This document shows positions 24,405 to 38,198 of a stretch of 64,000 nucleotides of DNA, in pieces. A program made the translations under genes and the position numbers. Each line of letters starts with the position of its first letter. The first letter of the stretch is position 1. The DNA is from Gordius albopunctatus (lineage: Eukaryota): assembly GCA_964276515.1 (NCBI GenBank), contig OZ193909.1:13826001-13890000 (forward strand), written 5' to 3'. The notes under the pieces are model-generated. The model saw only the letters and a program-made list of their open reading frames with translations. It was not told the DNA's origin and made no database searches.

Positions 24405-26671
24405 TCAAATATAAGATAAACCCCTTATATTCGAATATTTAAAAAATACATTTAACAAGTTTGAAATTTCTAAGAATAGATAATATCTAAAATAAATATA
24501 ACCTTTGGGGTATAACTCAGCCCTGGAAGCTGTTTTAAATGCCGGTTGAATTGCTACAAACTCTTCCGCATCTCTGCTCTCTACTTTCTGGTTGCCAACA
24601 GGATTTGTTGTATTTTTACTGAATTATAGGATATTATAACATAATACATTATACAAGTAATTTTTCAAGTAAATCGGCAAAATATCGTTGACAAAAAATT
24701 ATATGCAAACTTTATTAAGTCAAAAAGAGGCAAAAAAGGATAATTGCCTCCCCCTCTCTAAATCCAAAAAAATTAAATGTACAAATTTTGTCGAAGTCAA
24801 AAATCATTTTGTCTCTCATTAACTTCTAATTCCTAGCATATCTTGGTGAGTGTTCCCATGGATAAAATATTTTGTAATAAAGTTAAAGACTTTAAAAAAC
24901 ATATAATTTATGTGCAATTCATGTGCTTTCCTAAATTAATGTCAATTAGAAATCATCATTACAACTTTTTTGATAAACAACTTTACTATGATCACAATTT
25001 TAATATACTTACTTTTTTACTTAATGCTTATATGTAATTCAAATAAAAATTATGTTAAAGGTAGTAGTTCAACCAAAGAAGAGCTTTATCAGCTAATATT
25101 TACCAATCCAAGTCTCCAACTTTGGTATCATTTTCCAACAATTTCCTCCAATGCTCATGCGTTTGGTGTATAATTTTATGGGCAAAGGCCTAATATAAGT
25201 AAAACATAAAACTCAATCATTTAAAGATTTATTAAGAGGTTTGACAAAATTTATCTTAAAACTCAAACCAATTATGATATTAGATAAATGTGCTAAGTCC
25301 AATTAAAACTTAAATCTTCTTTATATAAATACATTATTATGAAATGCAACATAAAATTCAGTAATATAAACTAATTACGCAATCTTTAGGCTGGCCGTCA
25401 AAAGCAAATTTGTTAATATCTTTTCCAGCTGGAATTTTGTAATATTTAAACCAATCTATTGTATTCTAGCAACATAAAAATTAACAAACATTTCTGATAT
25501 TTACTAATATGAATGGTAATAAATAATCAAAACTTACATTAATATAACCAGGCATATGCTTTTCAATGTCTTGTATATCTAAATAAAAGATAATTAAAAT
25601 GTGAAATATGTTAGAAAAAATGGTCAATATAAATTATTTTATTATCAACATTTATAAAAACCTTAATAAGCAATTTAATTCACTAATATAGAAATAATAA
25701 AAATTGTTTGCCAAAGTTGCCAGTGAAAAAGAGTATGTTAATATTATATCTAACCATTTAATTTGTCAGCTAAAGGGTCATTAATATCAATTGCAAGAAT
25801 CTTCCAATCAGTTTCACCTATAAACAAACATTTCAAAAAATTACATACAATAAATAACATTTTATACCTTCATCAATAAGAGCCATAATTCCCAACACTT
25901 TGACTTGAATGACATCACCTGATTTTGCAATCTGAAAAATAAAATATTTGAATTAATGTGATATCTAATATTAAAAACTTAATTGAAATATAAATTTTTA
26001 CTCTGTAACCAATTTCACAAATATCAATAGGATCATTATCCCCTTTAGCTGATGTGTTTGGATCTATATATGATGGATCTTCCCAAGTCTAAATTTTTTT
26101 AATTTAATAATATTGGTAGAGATAGCTAATTATTTATCATAATAATATATATAGCAATTTAGAGCATGATCAAAATATGCAAATCATTATCAATACTTGT
26201 GGCAAGGCACCATAATTCCATATATAACCATGATGTGGAAAAACATTATCAACAAACCTTGGTTGTCCCTTTTTCATATCCTGATGTATGGGGTTAAGAA
26301 ACTCTTTTGTGGCTATCTATTAAACATTTATAAATAATCATACAATATAAACTTCATATTTTGCATTTGTCCATCGTGGAATTTCCACAACCATGTTAAA
26401 TATGTTATTAGCTTTATCGGCAAATAAAGGTATATCATGGTGTGGGGATATAAAACCAGTTTCATTTTCTAAAAAAATATTTGTTAGATATAAAATATAT
26501 CTCACTAAAATATAATTTATAGTTGCCAGAATATAGCTCGCCCTTAGGTACTGTAGTATATTTCATATTTTGTGACAAGGATACACGTTGCAAAAAGGTG
26601 CTGACAGTGCTAATTATATAACGACTTTTACACTCCTTTGCCAAAAAATGAGCTTTAAACAAGCATGGCAT
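24405..26671 (-). CDS. PPA1: Soluble (family I) inorganic pyrophosphatase, about 11 exons
   Basis: Exons 26671-26506, 26468-26353, 26316-26197, 26088-26002, 25931-25868, 25817-25755, 25578-25538, 25465-25379, 25189-25104, 24618-24503; last exon uncertain. Motifs [51 protein letters not shown]. Confidence 0.95.
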
Positions 26672-26998
26672 TCACGTACAACGTTAATCGAATACATTTT
26701 TAACTTCTCAATTAGGTATAGTGCATGAATTGATAATTTTATATAAAGCAAATTCACGGAGTCATTATATTGTATAACATATTTAAACTTGTTATAAAAA
26801 TTTCTTAAATGCTATGTCGCCGTCTAGTTTAATGGGCTTTTAGTTCACCCTTAACTCTTGATCTTATCTTTAGATAAAAAAAGATTGGAAAAAGTATTTT
26901 TTGTAATGAATCAAAGTTCATTAAATTATTAATTAAATGTTAAAAAAGAGGTTTATTCTTTTAATATGAAAAAGTTAAACATTTATTTTGATACATTT

Positions 26999-29900
26999 TG
27001 TTAAAAGGCTGGATCTTTATTCACATGAACTAGTAGGACTGGGGCGCAATAATCGAAAAGTGACTCTCAACGCGTATAACAAACGCATATATAAGTTACA
27101 ACAATTAACAATAATTTGATCGATAACACGCAAGTAAATAACGTATCCCCGGAGGCACTTGGCACTCCTATTACCTCTCTACAGTTCCCCCCTTTTCACA
27201 GACAAAATCCTTAAGGAATGCTGGCGGTTTCCGGCTACGCTGTGGGTATCTCGGTTCTTCCCTAAGCGTTCAGCCTGGTTTTGACTTTGTGCCCTTGTCG
27301 CACTTGTTTCCCTGTTTTACATTTGTTTCCTTGGCGCATTTGTTCCCTCTTCCCTTTACGATGATATTCTTTGTGGCCACTCGTTCTCTTGCCCCAGAGT
27401 GGTCCAATCCAGGATTCTCCGTTTCCTTACTTGATCCAGGTGTCGGTGGTGCTTTCTTCACTGTGCCCTTAAATGGTAGGAACGACTCCCGTGTTTGGAT
27501 TTTATCGTGCCTTCTACCCATTTGCTTGGACCCAAAAACATGCGTACCCAAAACAAGTCTCCTACGTTGAACATTCGCGGGTTCCCGGTCTCTACCCATT
27601 GTTTTGTTACGGTTTCCCTCAATACCTCCCATTCGGTTCGCATACGCCTTTTTAACATCATCTCTGCCGGGCTTTTATTGGTTGCGGAGGGTTTCGTCGA
27701 TCTGTAGTTTTCCAAAAATCTACTTAGCCCTACTTCCGACTCGTTCCTAATGATGTCTTCTTTTATTAATCGTACGTATCTTTCTGCCAAACCGTTTGAC
27801 GCAGGATGGGAAGGAGCTGTCTATCGCTGATTAATCCCTCTCATCTTGCAAAAGTTCTGTAAATCCTGCCCTTTGAATTGTGGACCGTTATCTGATATTA
27901 ACCAGAGTAGGCCACCATATATACTGCCGCGCCACTTCTTGCATTCGCTTGATACCAACGTGGCCCCTATGTAGTCTTTGGAGTACCGCTACTCGTAACT
28001 TAGCCGGAATTAATATTCGTCTTGGCAGGTGTTTTTCGTAGGCGCGTTTTAGACCACACGTGACCATTGTATTTTGTTTACCTCTAATCCACTCTTTTAA
28101 TTGACGTAGCCCCGGATCATCCAAGGTGTGTTGTCTTACTACGTCCAATGATATAAACGGATTCATCGCGTCTTCTGGCATTTCCTCGCTAACCTGATAC
28201 GCGTGTTCGTTCGGTTTCCTAGACAAGAAATCTGCCGCGTTTTCGGATCCCTTGTTGTACTCAAACTTGGTCGTGTAGCCTGACACCATGAGCGCCCACC
28301 TAGTTAGACGAGGTGACCATTGTTCCTTGCCCTTTTTGCTCTGATCAAATATATATACTAGCGGTCTATGATCCGTCATAATAGTAACGCTTTGTCCATG
28401 TATATATTGATTGAACTTTTTTAGTCCATAAACCACCGCAAGGGCCTCTTGTTCGATCGTCGAATACCGGCTTTCGCTATCGTTTAACGCTCTAGACGCA
28501 TAGGCCACCACCCTCCAATTCTCTCCTGGTGCTCGTTGCTGTAAGATGAACCCTAACCCTGTACCAGAGGCGTATACGACCAGGCCAGTCTCCCAATCTC
28601 CATTAAAGTACGCCAGTACGGGGGCTTTCGTAAGCGCGGACTTGCTAGCTTCAAATGCGCCTTGTTGTTCTCCACCCCAGTGGTACACCACATTTTTTTC
28701 ATTAGTTTCTGAATCAGGTGCACGATTTTGGCGTAGTCCTTAATAAACTTTGAAAAGTATGCCGTTAACCCCTGGAAGGATTTTATTTCATTTTTGTTTG
28801 TTAAATTTTTCCACTGTTTGACTATTTCGGCTTTATTGTCGTTGATTTGAATCCCCTTGTTACTTATTACGTATCCCAAAAATGTTACTTCCTTCGCCCA
28901 CAAGATGCTCTTGGCAATGTTTGGCACTAATCCCCACTTTTGTAACGTTTCTAGTACTTTGAGTAACCGCTTGTTGTGAATTTCTTCCGTTTCCCCTGCG
29001 ATTAGTGTGTCGTCGGTGTATACCGCTACCCCCTCCATGCCTCCTAATATTTGGTCCATTGTTTTTTGGAAAATAACCGCGGCACAATTTAAGCCAAACG
29101 GCATCCGATTAACTTTAAATAACCCCTGTGCGTAGAGATCGTCAATCGTTGGCTCGTCTCCGGCCCTAATTCGAGCTGTGTGTACACTTTCGTAAGGTCC
29201 AGCTTCGTAAAATCACGTGTTGTCGAGTTTATTTAACAAATCGTCGATTTTGGGTAAGGGGTACAGCAACCCTTGTGCGTATTTATTTATTTATCGTAAA
29301 CCGGTAGTCTATACATAATCGCAGAGTCCCATCGCTTTTTTTCACGGGTACCACTGGACTGGCCCATCTTGAGAAATCGATTAGTTCTATCACCCCGTCT
29401 CTGACCCATTTATTCAGCTCTTCTTCTACTTCCTTCTTCCACGCCATCGGCACCCTTCGAGCGGGGATAAATACGGGATCTATCTATGCCCTCTTTTAAC
29501 GGTACTTCCACCGTTATTCCCTTGACTGCTTGCGGGAATTTGTTTAGCTGGCCATCCCATTGCTTCATCACGTGCTGGATCGCGGTCTTGGTATCCTTCG
29601 GTCTTTCTACGTAATTGACCGGGAACCGTTCCGCCGCAGCTCTCGAGTTCCAACGTATTTGACGCCAGATTTCGGGCTAAAATTCTTGTATCCAATCGAT
29701 CCCGCATAGCGGCGGCCCCACTACCCCTGCTAGCAATAATGACAGCTGTTTCCTCGTGTTCCCCAATCGGACATCGGCTTGTACCTTGGCTACGATCTTT
29801 ATTTCCTCGTGGTCGTACGCGTACACCGTCGGTCAGGGCTCTTTGTTGCGTGGGATCTCCTTCGCCCATCTTCGCGCCGGCATTATCGAGAACAACTCGT

Positions 29901-30710
29901 TATTAATATATATATCAACTGTTAACACATCTAAAGCATGGTTTAACCTGGGAATCCGGACCGGCCCAGGCCCCGCTTCTCGTCTCGCCACTACGTTCCA
30001 TATCTCTTTGGACCCGTCCTGCAAGGTGCTTAAACTGGGCCATTTATCGTCTTGGCCGTTAATGCCAGCTCTCGTAGGCGGTCCCATTTGATGTCATTTT
30101 ATCGCGCAATCCTATAATGAATTGGTAGACGATTCTGTTCTGCATTTCTTCGTTTCCGAAGTTGCAGTTTTTAGCCCCGGCCTTGAGTCTATTAGCGTAC
30201 GCGTCTATCGTCTCTCCCTAACCTTGTCGAACCTTTGGGAATTTGTACCTCTTTGCCCTCGGCCCTCGCACATGAATCCCTCTGGAATAATTTCCTTAAC
30301 CGATTTTTCGCTTCATCGTATGTAATTCCTGTCAACTCTTGCGGTCTATAATCCTCTAGTATTAATTGGAATGCATCCCCTCGAGGCTGGTTAATAATAG
30401 CGCGGCTTTTTGCTCATCTGTCTCCGTCTTATTTTTCCTAAGGAATAACTCAAATTGAGTTATGAAAGCGTCGATGTTAGCCGTTGTTTTATATTTCTGC
30501 ATCTCCGCGTAGGTTTTGCCACGATGCCACTGTTGAAAGGCTGAATCTTTATTCAAATAAACTATTAGGACACAATAATCGAAAAGTGACTCTCAACGCG
30601 TATAACAAACGCATATATAAGTTACAACCAATTAACGATAATTTGATCGACAACACGCAGGTAAATAACGTATCCACGGAGGCACTTTGCACTCCTATTA
30701 CCTCTCTACA
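26999..30710 (-). mobile_element. Gypsy (Mag-like) LTR retrotransposon, both LTRs present, coding region degraded
   Basis: LTRs 26999-27183 and 30531-30710 (TG..CA); 5-bp TSD CATTT; PBS TGGCATCG; PPT aaagggggg; RT (MPFGL, YTDD), RNase H and partial integrase fragments. Confidence 0.95.
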
Positions 30711-31332
30711 CATTTGACATTCTAGAATTATTCAAGTTTGAATATAAAATTAAAAAACATGATTAAATGTAAGAATTATTTACCATTAAAAACAACAAAA
30801 TATTTATTTCAATTTATTAAATTTACTTAAAATAATTTACAATAATGATTCCCGAAATAAAAAATATCTAAATTTTAATCGCGGAAGGACTTAATAACAC
30901 CTGAATGGATTAAAAAGTATTTAAAATTCCGAGAAGCGGAAAAACTAAGTTTAAATTAATTTAGGGAGTAGAGATATATATAAATTTTTGATTGGAGGAT
31001 ATTATTCCCCGTCATTATCTAGTTTCTGTTCGAACTCACAATGCAATAATATGATAACATGCTAAGCGCGATTAACGAAGAGGGATCACAGTACAAAGAT
31101 AATCTATATAAACTGACGCTATAATCAATGCATTTTATAGAGAGAGTAGGGGAAGGGGGCACTTGAATAAACAAACTACAACACTATCCTATCAGGGTTG
31201 ACCTTTTTCAGCACGATCTTCGGACGTGAGTTTCTACAGACAGCAGACGTTTCTTCTGATAGCTTGTTCGGGCATCCGTATAGAACAATTACTCCGAAAG
31301 ACAAAATTGGTTTCATACGTATCTTGGGTTAA

Positions 31333-31948
31333 CCCTCGAGAGCATTCCTGAAAATCCCAAACGCGAGAGCATTCGTGGGGTATATTTGACCCCATTTTTT
31401 AACTTCTTACAACTTTTAAAGTATTCTTTTTAAACCTTTCAAATTTTAAAAATGTGTTTATAAAGGTCTTAAAATTGATGGTATAAATTTTGATATGAAT
31501 CTAATCAACATTACAAAACTTATTAAAGATTTTCTGGACCCCCATTTTTATTTTGGTTATTTTAGAGCTTCCCCTCATTTTACCTCTTGACATCATATAC
31601 CTTAAAATAAATCAAAATAAACGTGATTTTTTATTAAAATAATGTTCAAAATGTATTAAAAAGACAAATTGTAAAAGATATTATCAAACGAAAAAAAATA
31701 CATGAATTTTTCCCAACAGAAAAAAACTTACGTGAGAGCATTTGTGGGGTACACAGGACCCCTGTGGCCAAAAAGATGCTATATTTTAAAAAGTAGTGGG
31801 CCAAAAGTTATAAAATTTTTCTCAAACTTAGTTCTTGGTATAATATTAGGCTACTGAAAAGGCCAGATCAATTCGCTTTTAAATGCGTTTTATATTTAAG
31901 TTTATAACTATCGTGGGGTTCGTGGTACACCACGAATGCTCTCGAGGG
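31333..31948. mobile_element. piggyBac-type MITE
   Basis: TTAA TSD on both sides; perfect 15-bp TIR CCCTCGAGAGCATTC; internal gagagcatt(c/t)gtgggg repeats. Confidence 0.92.
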
Positions 31949-33007
31949 TTAACAGGACTTGTCGTCATATAGTTTTCTCTGTGTTCATAAATTACTCGTT
32001 GACATTAGATTTTGTAACTCATCTTCTTTTCCCTTCAAGCTTGCTACAGGGGGGGGGGTTGTTTTAACGTAGCGTGACATCGATGACTCACAATTCACCA
32101 CTTTAGATTGTCTCAAGCAACCCCACAGTGTTTTCTTTGCTCTCCCATAGCGATCTCTCAGCTGGGAGTAGAGAGAAACATCCTTGTGACGTCAGGTCAC
32201 CCATGCCGCTCCCCAATGAGATCTACTAGTCCCTCACACGGTTACGGATATTTTTGTTAAATTATCAATGACGTCGCTATACCGCACATCAGCCATCGGC
32301 GCCGATAGGGGCACCGACCATATAACTCAAGTTAAAAAAATATGTCACCAGGCTTTTCTTCCATGAAATGCAACTCCGCCTACCATAATCACCTGAGAGC
32401 TATGAACTCGACAACTTGTAGCCTTGGACCTGACTACTAATTATTAACTCTCATCAAAACACGTGGTTCTGGTAACAATCAAATATTTAAATCAAAGCTT
32501 GCGCAATTAGGAAAATATTTTGCCCACCCACAAAATTCGGCCTCATCAAACCCACTAAGAGGTTATACAGCGTAGAGCCAAAAATAGGTCATTACGGGCA
32601 TTAGGTTTCCAAAAATAACTTCGCAACTTGGTACAACGTGAGCGCATGTAATACTAAATTCATACTAGGATCATCGTCTGTCTTGTTCAGACAACCTTCA
32701 TGCCGGTGCCACCTTATTAATCAAGGATAATGATGGACAAATCTTATCAATAAATATACAACGGAAATTTCATGTAAAAGAACGACAAAATAACATGCTT
32801 TATAGAAAAAATGAATACTTTTACATTCACGCAATATTTTTATGTGAATTAGGTGAAAATATAAAGCCTATTCAAGAATGCACACTTTCATCTTAATAAA
32901 ATATTTTAACTTGTTGACTGAAATTTCTTAAACATACAAACAGCCTTAAATTAAAATATTTTATTCCCCCCCCCCTATTTCAACTTAACTTTAATTAGTA
33001 TTTACAG

Positions 33008-34187
33008 TAGTGTTTCGATATCGTCTCGGTCTCGAAAGCAAAATCTCGTCTCGTCTCGGGAGCGATTAAAAAAATCTCGATCTCGTCTCGGTCTAGAAAA
33101 ATCTCGGTCTCGTCTCGGCGAGAATTCTTGTCTCGTCTCGACATTTAAGAAAAATTTATACAATATAAAAATTTCTCCTGTTTTATTAAAATTATTAACT
33201 AAGTGTTACAAAAATCCAAGTCATATACCTATATATTTTTAAAAAAGCCTTAATACACAAACTTTTTAATGATATAGCGCGACACGACATCTCACTGACA
33301 ATAAATAACATCTTCTATGGAGTGAAAATTAAAAAAGTATAAAAAAAATTGAAAGTACGTAAGGATCGCTTTTTGTTTAATATATAAAATAGCATAACTG
33401 TGTATTAAATTTAGAATTTAATGGTGGTGTTTATTGACACTTTTTAAATTTGAGTTTAAACCAGTACTCTTGTGAGTGTTTTGGAGCTAAAACTTTTATA
33501 TAATAAATATACTAACTGATCAGACCTTATTAAATTTCATAGTTCTAGCAAATTATAACATGTCTGTTTAATTTAAACAGACGAAATTTATAAGTTGACC
33601 TATATTTGACTTAGTTACATATTTAGGCAAATTGAGACCCAACATTAACCCTTGCTAAAACCTTAAAGTTGACCTTAAAATATTTAAGGCAAATATTTTA
33701 GTCCATTGATATTGCCATCATGAATTATAACCCATAAAGATTATTGCATGATTACTATAGCGTTATTAGCCATAAAGTGCGAGTGACTTTTAATGGTAAT
33801 ATTATTATTTACAAAATTGATAACTTGTTTTGTTGCACATATTAAAACGTTGTAAAAACAACAATAAAAGCAGCATTATTATAGGATCAAAAACATAGGG
33901 TCATATTTACTACACTTAGGTGTTATTTTAGTATCAAATATATTCCTATCGTATTGATTTATATTTAATACCTTAAATGTAAATCAGGCATATTAAAATA
34001 CACAATAATTTACTAAAATCGAATTATCAATAAAAACTCGAGATCTCGCCGAAAAAATCTCGTCTCGTCTCGACATCAAAATTCTCGTCTCGATCTCGTG
34101 TTCGTTTTTCAAATTCTCGTCTCGTCTCGTCTCGGTTTTTCAAGACGAGACGAGACCGAGAAATTTGTCGGTTTTCCCGCATCACTA
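33008..34187. mobile_element. hAT-type MITE with TCTCG subterminal repeats
   Basis: tagtg...cacta termini; perfect 8-bp TSD atttacag. Confidence 0.9.
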
Positions 34188-34299
34188 ATTTACAGAGATT
34201 TTACCAAAATTTAAATTCTTTTTTAGATCCTAATTATTTATTATTTTTATAAAAAAAATTACATATTTTGTGAAGGTGATATAAATAAATTAAAAAATT

Positions 34300-37200
34300 A
34301 AGAATTGTAAACACATTGGGAAAACATTCCGCTATGGCTAATGAATTATATTTACAGATATTTATGCCGATTTTCTGTCGTATCATGGGATAGTAATGAG
34401 TTTTGTGTCCCTATTTTTTTTTAAAAAAGTTGTAAACCGAGACGAGACGAGAATTCAACAGATGGAATCGAGATCGAGACGAGAATTTTGATGTCGAGAC
34501 GAGACGAGACGAGATTTTATCGGCAAGATCTCGACTTTTTTTATCGTTATATTTTAGTAAATTATTGTTTATTTTAATTTGCATGATTTACATTTAAGTT
34601 ATTAAGTTTAAATTAATACTTATGGAATATATTGGACATTAAAAAAATTCCTATAAATATTATATTTTTTGCAAGATTTACCTAAGTATGGTTGACCCTT
34701 AGGGTATGTGAATAATTATATAATATCTTTATCACATAGTTAAATCCATAGCATTATTAAATATTAAAAAATTATAGGCTTAGAATTAGTTCTGATTGAA
34801 TAGTAAATATAAACAAAGCATATTTATATTTCGCAGTTATTCATCCTGCATAATGCGGTAATTATAAATTGGTGGTCAATCAATTTGAATAATTAAACTA
34901 GTTCTGCTAAGGTGGCTCGAGATTTTTTAGCACCCGCTTAACGATTTCAAAAGTACAATAGATTATTTAATGACACCGTAATAGATTAAATCTAAAGCTT
35001 AAGTTTTCTGGAAGTTTTATGCTTCAACTATATTCGATAAATAAATATTTAATGTCAAAGTTAGTTAGAATTGCAAGATAATTATTTGGAATATAAATTT
35101 GATTTTAATGATTTTTGTCATAAATTTAAATACGTGCAATTTAGAGTTTAAAACCTCATATTCCTAATCCTATAATAATGATGCTTTTATTGTTGTTTCT
35201 ACCCGTTTTGATATGTGCATCTAGTTATCAATTATGAAAATAATAATATTATCAATTAACAGTCACTCGCACATTGTGGTTTATAACACTATAGTAAACA
35301 TGCAATAAACACTATGGGCTATAATTAATAATGGTACTAATGGACTTAATTGTTTGCCTTAAATATTTTAAGGTCTACTTTGAAGCTTTAGCCAGGGTCA
35401 ATAAAGGGTCTCAATTCGCTAAATTGTGCAACTAAGTCAACTATAACCGAAATTATTATTTTCTAAGTCTATATAGTTGACAAACACGGTGATTTGGTAC
35501 AAACGTTATAATTTCTATACTTCAAATTTATTTATAGTTTTTTAGTCTGCACTTTCCATAGAAAATGTTATTTTTTGAATGAATTCATATCTTTATATTG
35601 ACAATGAGATGTTGTGTCCCGCTAAATCTTTAAAAAGTTTGTGTATTAAAGTTTATCAAAAAATATAAAAATTTTCCATTTTAATTTTTAAAACTTATTT
35701 AATATTTTTAATAAAACAGGAGAAATTTTTATTCCGTATAAATTTTTTTAAAAAGTCGAGACGAGAATTCTTGTCGAGACGAGACCAGATCGAGATTTTT
35801 CTAGACCGAGACGAGATTTTCATAATCGCTGCCGAGACGAGGCGAGATCGAAACACTAAGTATTTCTGAGTATTTTGAAATTTTCTGAGCCTCGCGTGAA
35901 GACAATAGATCTTTGTTGTGATTAGATGGGCAAATACGTCAGTACATGTATAGTCCCATGCTAAACTGAGTCCTTTTTCCCAAGCGCCTAAAGTTTGGCC
36001 ATCGGGTCGTTTGTTGTCTTCACAGAGGCCTGTGGATTTGAGAATAAAGGGGAAACCAGCTTTGTTGAAATAGTTATGTATAAGCTTGTTAACCGCGGTA
36101 TGTCGAAGGTACCGGGCTTTGTTACGATTACAGTGAAGGCCATGATGACCATTCGATTCTACTAAATTATTGGAAAGTGATCAAGTGTGTTCAGCAACTA
36201 TATTGCATCCTAATCTTAGGCCAACTGTGAAGCGGAATTCGTTGTTGGATCAGAGAAGACCAAGGTTACGGCTTGGGAAAGCTTCGAGCCATTCGTGACC
36301 TGAGCATGAAGCTAAGCTTCTAAGCGCTGGAAGTTCCTCTGCCGAAACTCCATTAATAAGAGACTTAAAGAGGCACTCGGACAGGGAACCAATCCCACAT
36401 TTTTGAAAGTTTACTTCAGGGAATGAGTAGGGACGTTAAAAAATTCCTTCCATTGTTGGAAGGCGACATTGAGTAAATTGTCAGATTGTGGGGTTAATGT
36501 TGAAATCATGCTTTCATTAGACAGGCGGATTGATATAAATGTGGAAAGAGATACGGAGGCTATTGAGTCTAAGCCTAGCCCCCCCCCCAGTTTTGTTGGA
36601 AGGCAAGCTTGTTGCCAGTGTGTGGAGCCTAGGGTTATATTGGTTATTCTTCGGTTAAAGACTTAAGTTCTTCGTCAAACATTGACAAGGCCTCGTGATG
36701 TAAGAACACTGTAGAGGACCTGGAAGCTGTGCATTAATTTAAGGATTTAGTAGCAGTTTTTTAATAAGAAAATGCTTGGTGGGCAGGAAGTTGTTTGATT
36801 TGAATATGCTTGTTATGTCTGCTAGTCTGCAACTGGTTTCTTCTAACAATTTTAATACGGGAATAGAGCCTCCAATTGAGGATCCGAGTAGGGTCAAAAA
36901 GGAAGGATCTATTAATTTGTAAGATAATTGGTCCTGATTGCCAATAAGATGTGTATTAAGGGAAAATATTTCGGTTTTAGCTTGATTTAGCGTTAATCCG
37001 ATTTTTGTTGATTCGTTTTCCATGTATCTCAAAGCCGCAAATGCATCATCGGGGGCGCCTGGGATGGTACCATCGTCAAGGTACCAAATGTTTAAGATCA
37101 AATTGAACTTTGTTGCAAGGCTCTCAAATAGAGTTTTGATGCCTAGGGAAAACAGAAGCGGCCCTAAGGGGTCGCCTGGTTAAATACCGTCACTAGAATT

Positions 37201-37770
37201 GATGATATGTTTGTGAAATTGTAATATTGAAACTGGTGAATGGCATGCATCAAGAAATGCGGAGTATTCAGTGAAATGTTTGTATGTTTCATTAAGGAAG
37301 TGGGAACGATAAATGGAGTTAAAAGCATTCTTGAAATCAATTTTAGCAATCACTGAGAAGGTTGGGGTGGTAAGAGAAATTCTTATCGAGTGTGACGCAA
37401 TTTCGCATCCTCCCTTTACACTAAATCCGAGTTGTGTAGGAGCAAGGATTTCCACAGCTTTACTTTTGATGCGTTTTATGATCAGTTTGGAACAGAGTCT
37501 GCGTAGAACAGACCCCATTGCTATAGGTCGAATTTTGCCATTAGATTTGAAAATGATACTAGAGTAACGCCGAAGAAATGTGGGGCTATAATTTCGGGGA
37601 TTTGACCTTTCGTTATGATGTTAATGAGGGTGGTGAGAGACCTTAAGAAAACGCCTGAGCGGTCTATTAAGGGATTTTATAGTTCTAGAAGGTGGGCTGG
37701 ACGCAAGCCATCGAGCACAGCGCCTGTCGAAGAGCGCTTAAAAGTATTTATTTCTACTTGTTTAACCACT
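34300..37770 (-). mobile_element. CRE-like non-LTR retrotransposon (RT plus RLE), degraded
   Basis: RPIAMGSVLRRL, QLGFSVKGGCE, IDFKNAFNS, GDPLGPLLF, WYLDDG, WQQACLP, RPDG; C-terminal IRQKIGI lies beyond the MITE. Confidence 0.85.
34436..35858. mobile_element. Second, inverted copy of the TCTCG-repeat MITE, inserted in a CRE-like element
   Basis: cgagac repeats; ends cgaaacacta; interior is similar to the reverse complement of 33008-34187. Confidence 0.8.
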
Positions 37771-37859
37771 TAAGGACTGAGGCAAAGCAACGCTTGGCCG
37801 GGCACAGCTATTTATGTATATAAATCTTACAATCGTTATTTTCTTTTTAGTATACAATA

Positions 37860-38198
37860 CAGTCGAAACTTCTTAATCGCAAATCGGATTATCGCAAAAT
37901 CTTTTAATCGCGAAGTTAACCGTTATTTTGTTTTTTTCAAACGATATTATTAACAAAAACATTGTTTATTAACAAATTGCTTAATAGTATAATATCGGAT
38001 ATTCACAAACATTTTCGAGTCCTTAAATCAACCATACAATCATATAAAATATCGTTTTATTGCGAAGAGTAAGAAATAAATTTTTACTATATGTCTTTAT
38101 ATATTTAATATTTTCTCTTTCCCCATCGTTTAATCGCGAAATATCGGTTAATCGCGATTTTTGAGGCCCAAGGCTTTGCAATTAAACGGTTTTGACTG
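37860..38198. mobile_element. pogo/Tc1-type MITE
   Basis: TA-flanked CAGTC(G/A)AAAC..TTAAT TIRs. Confidence 0.75.
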
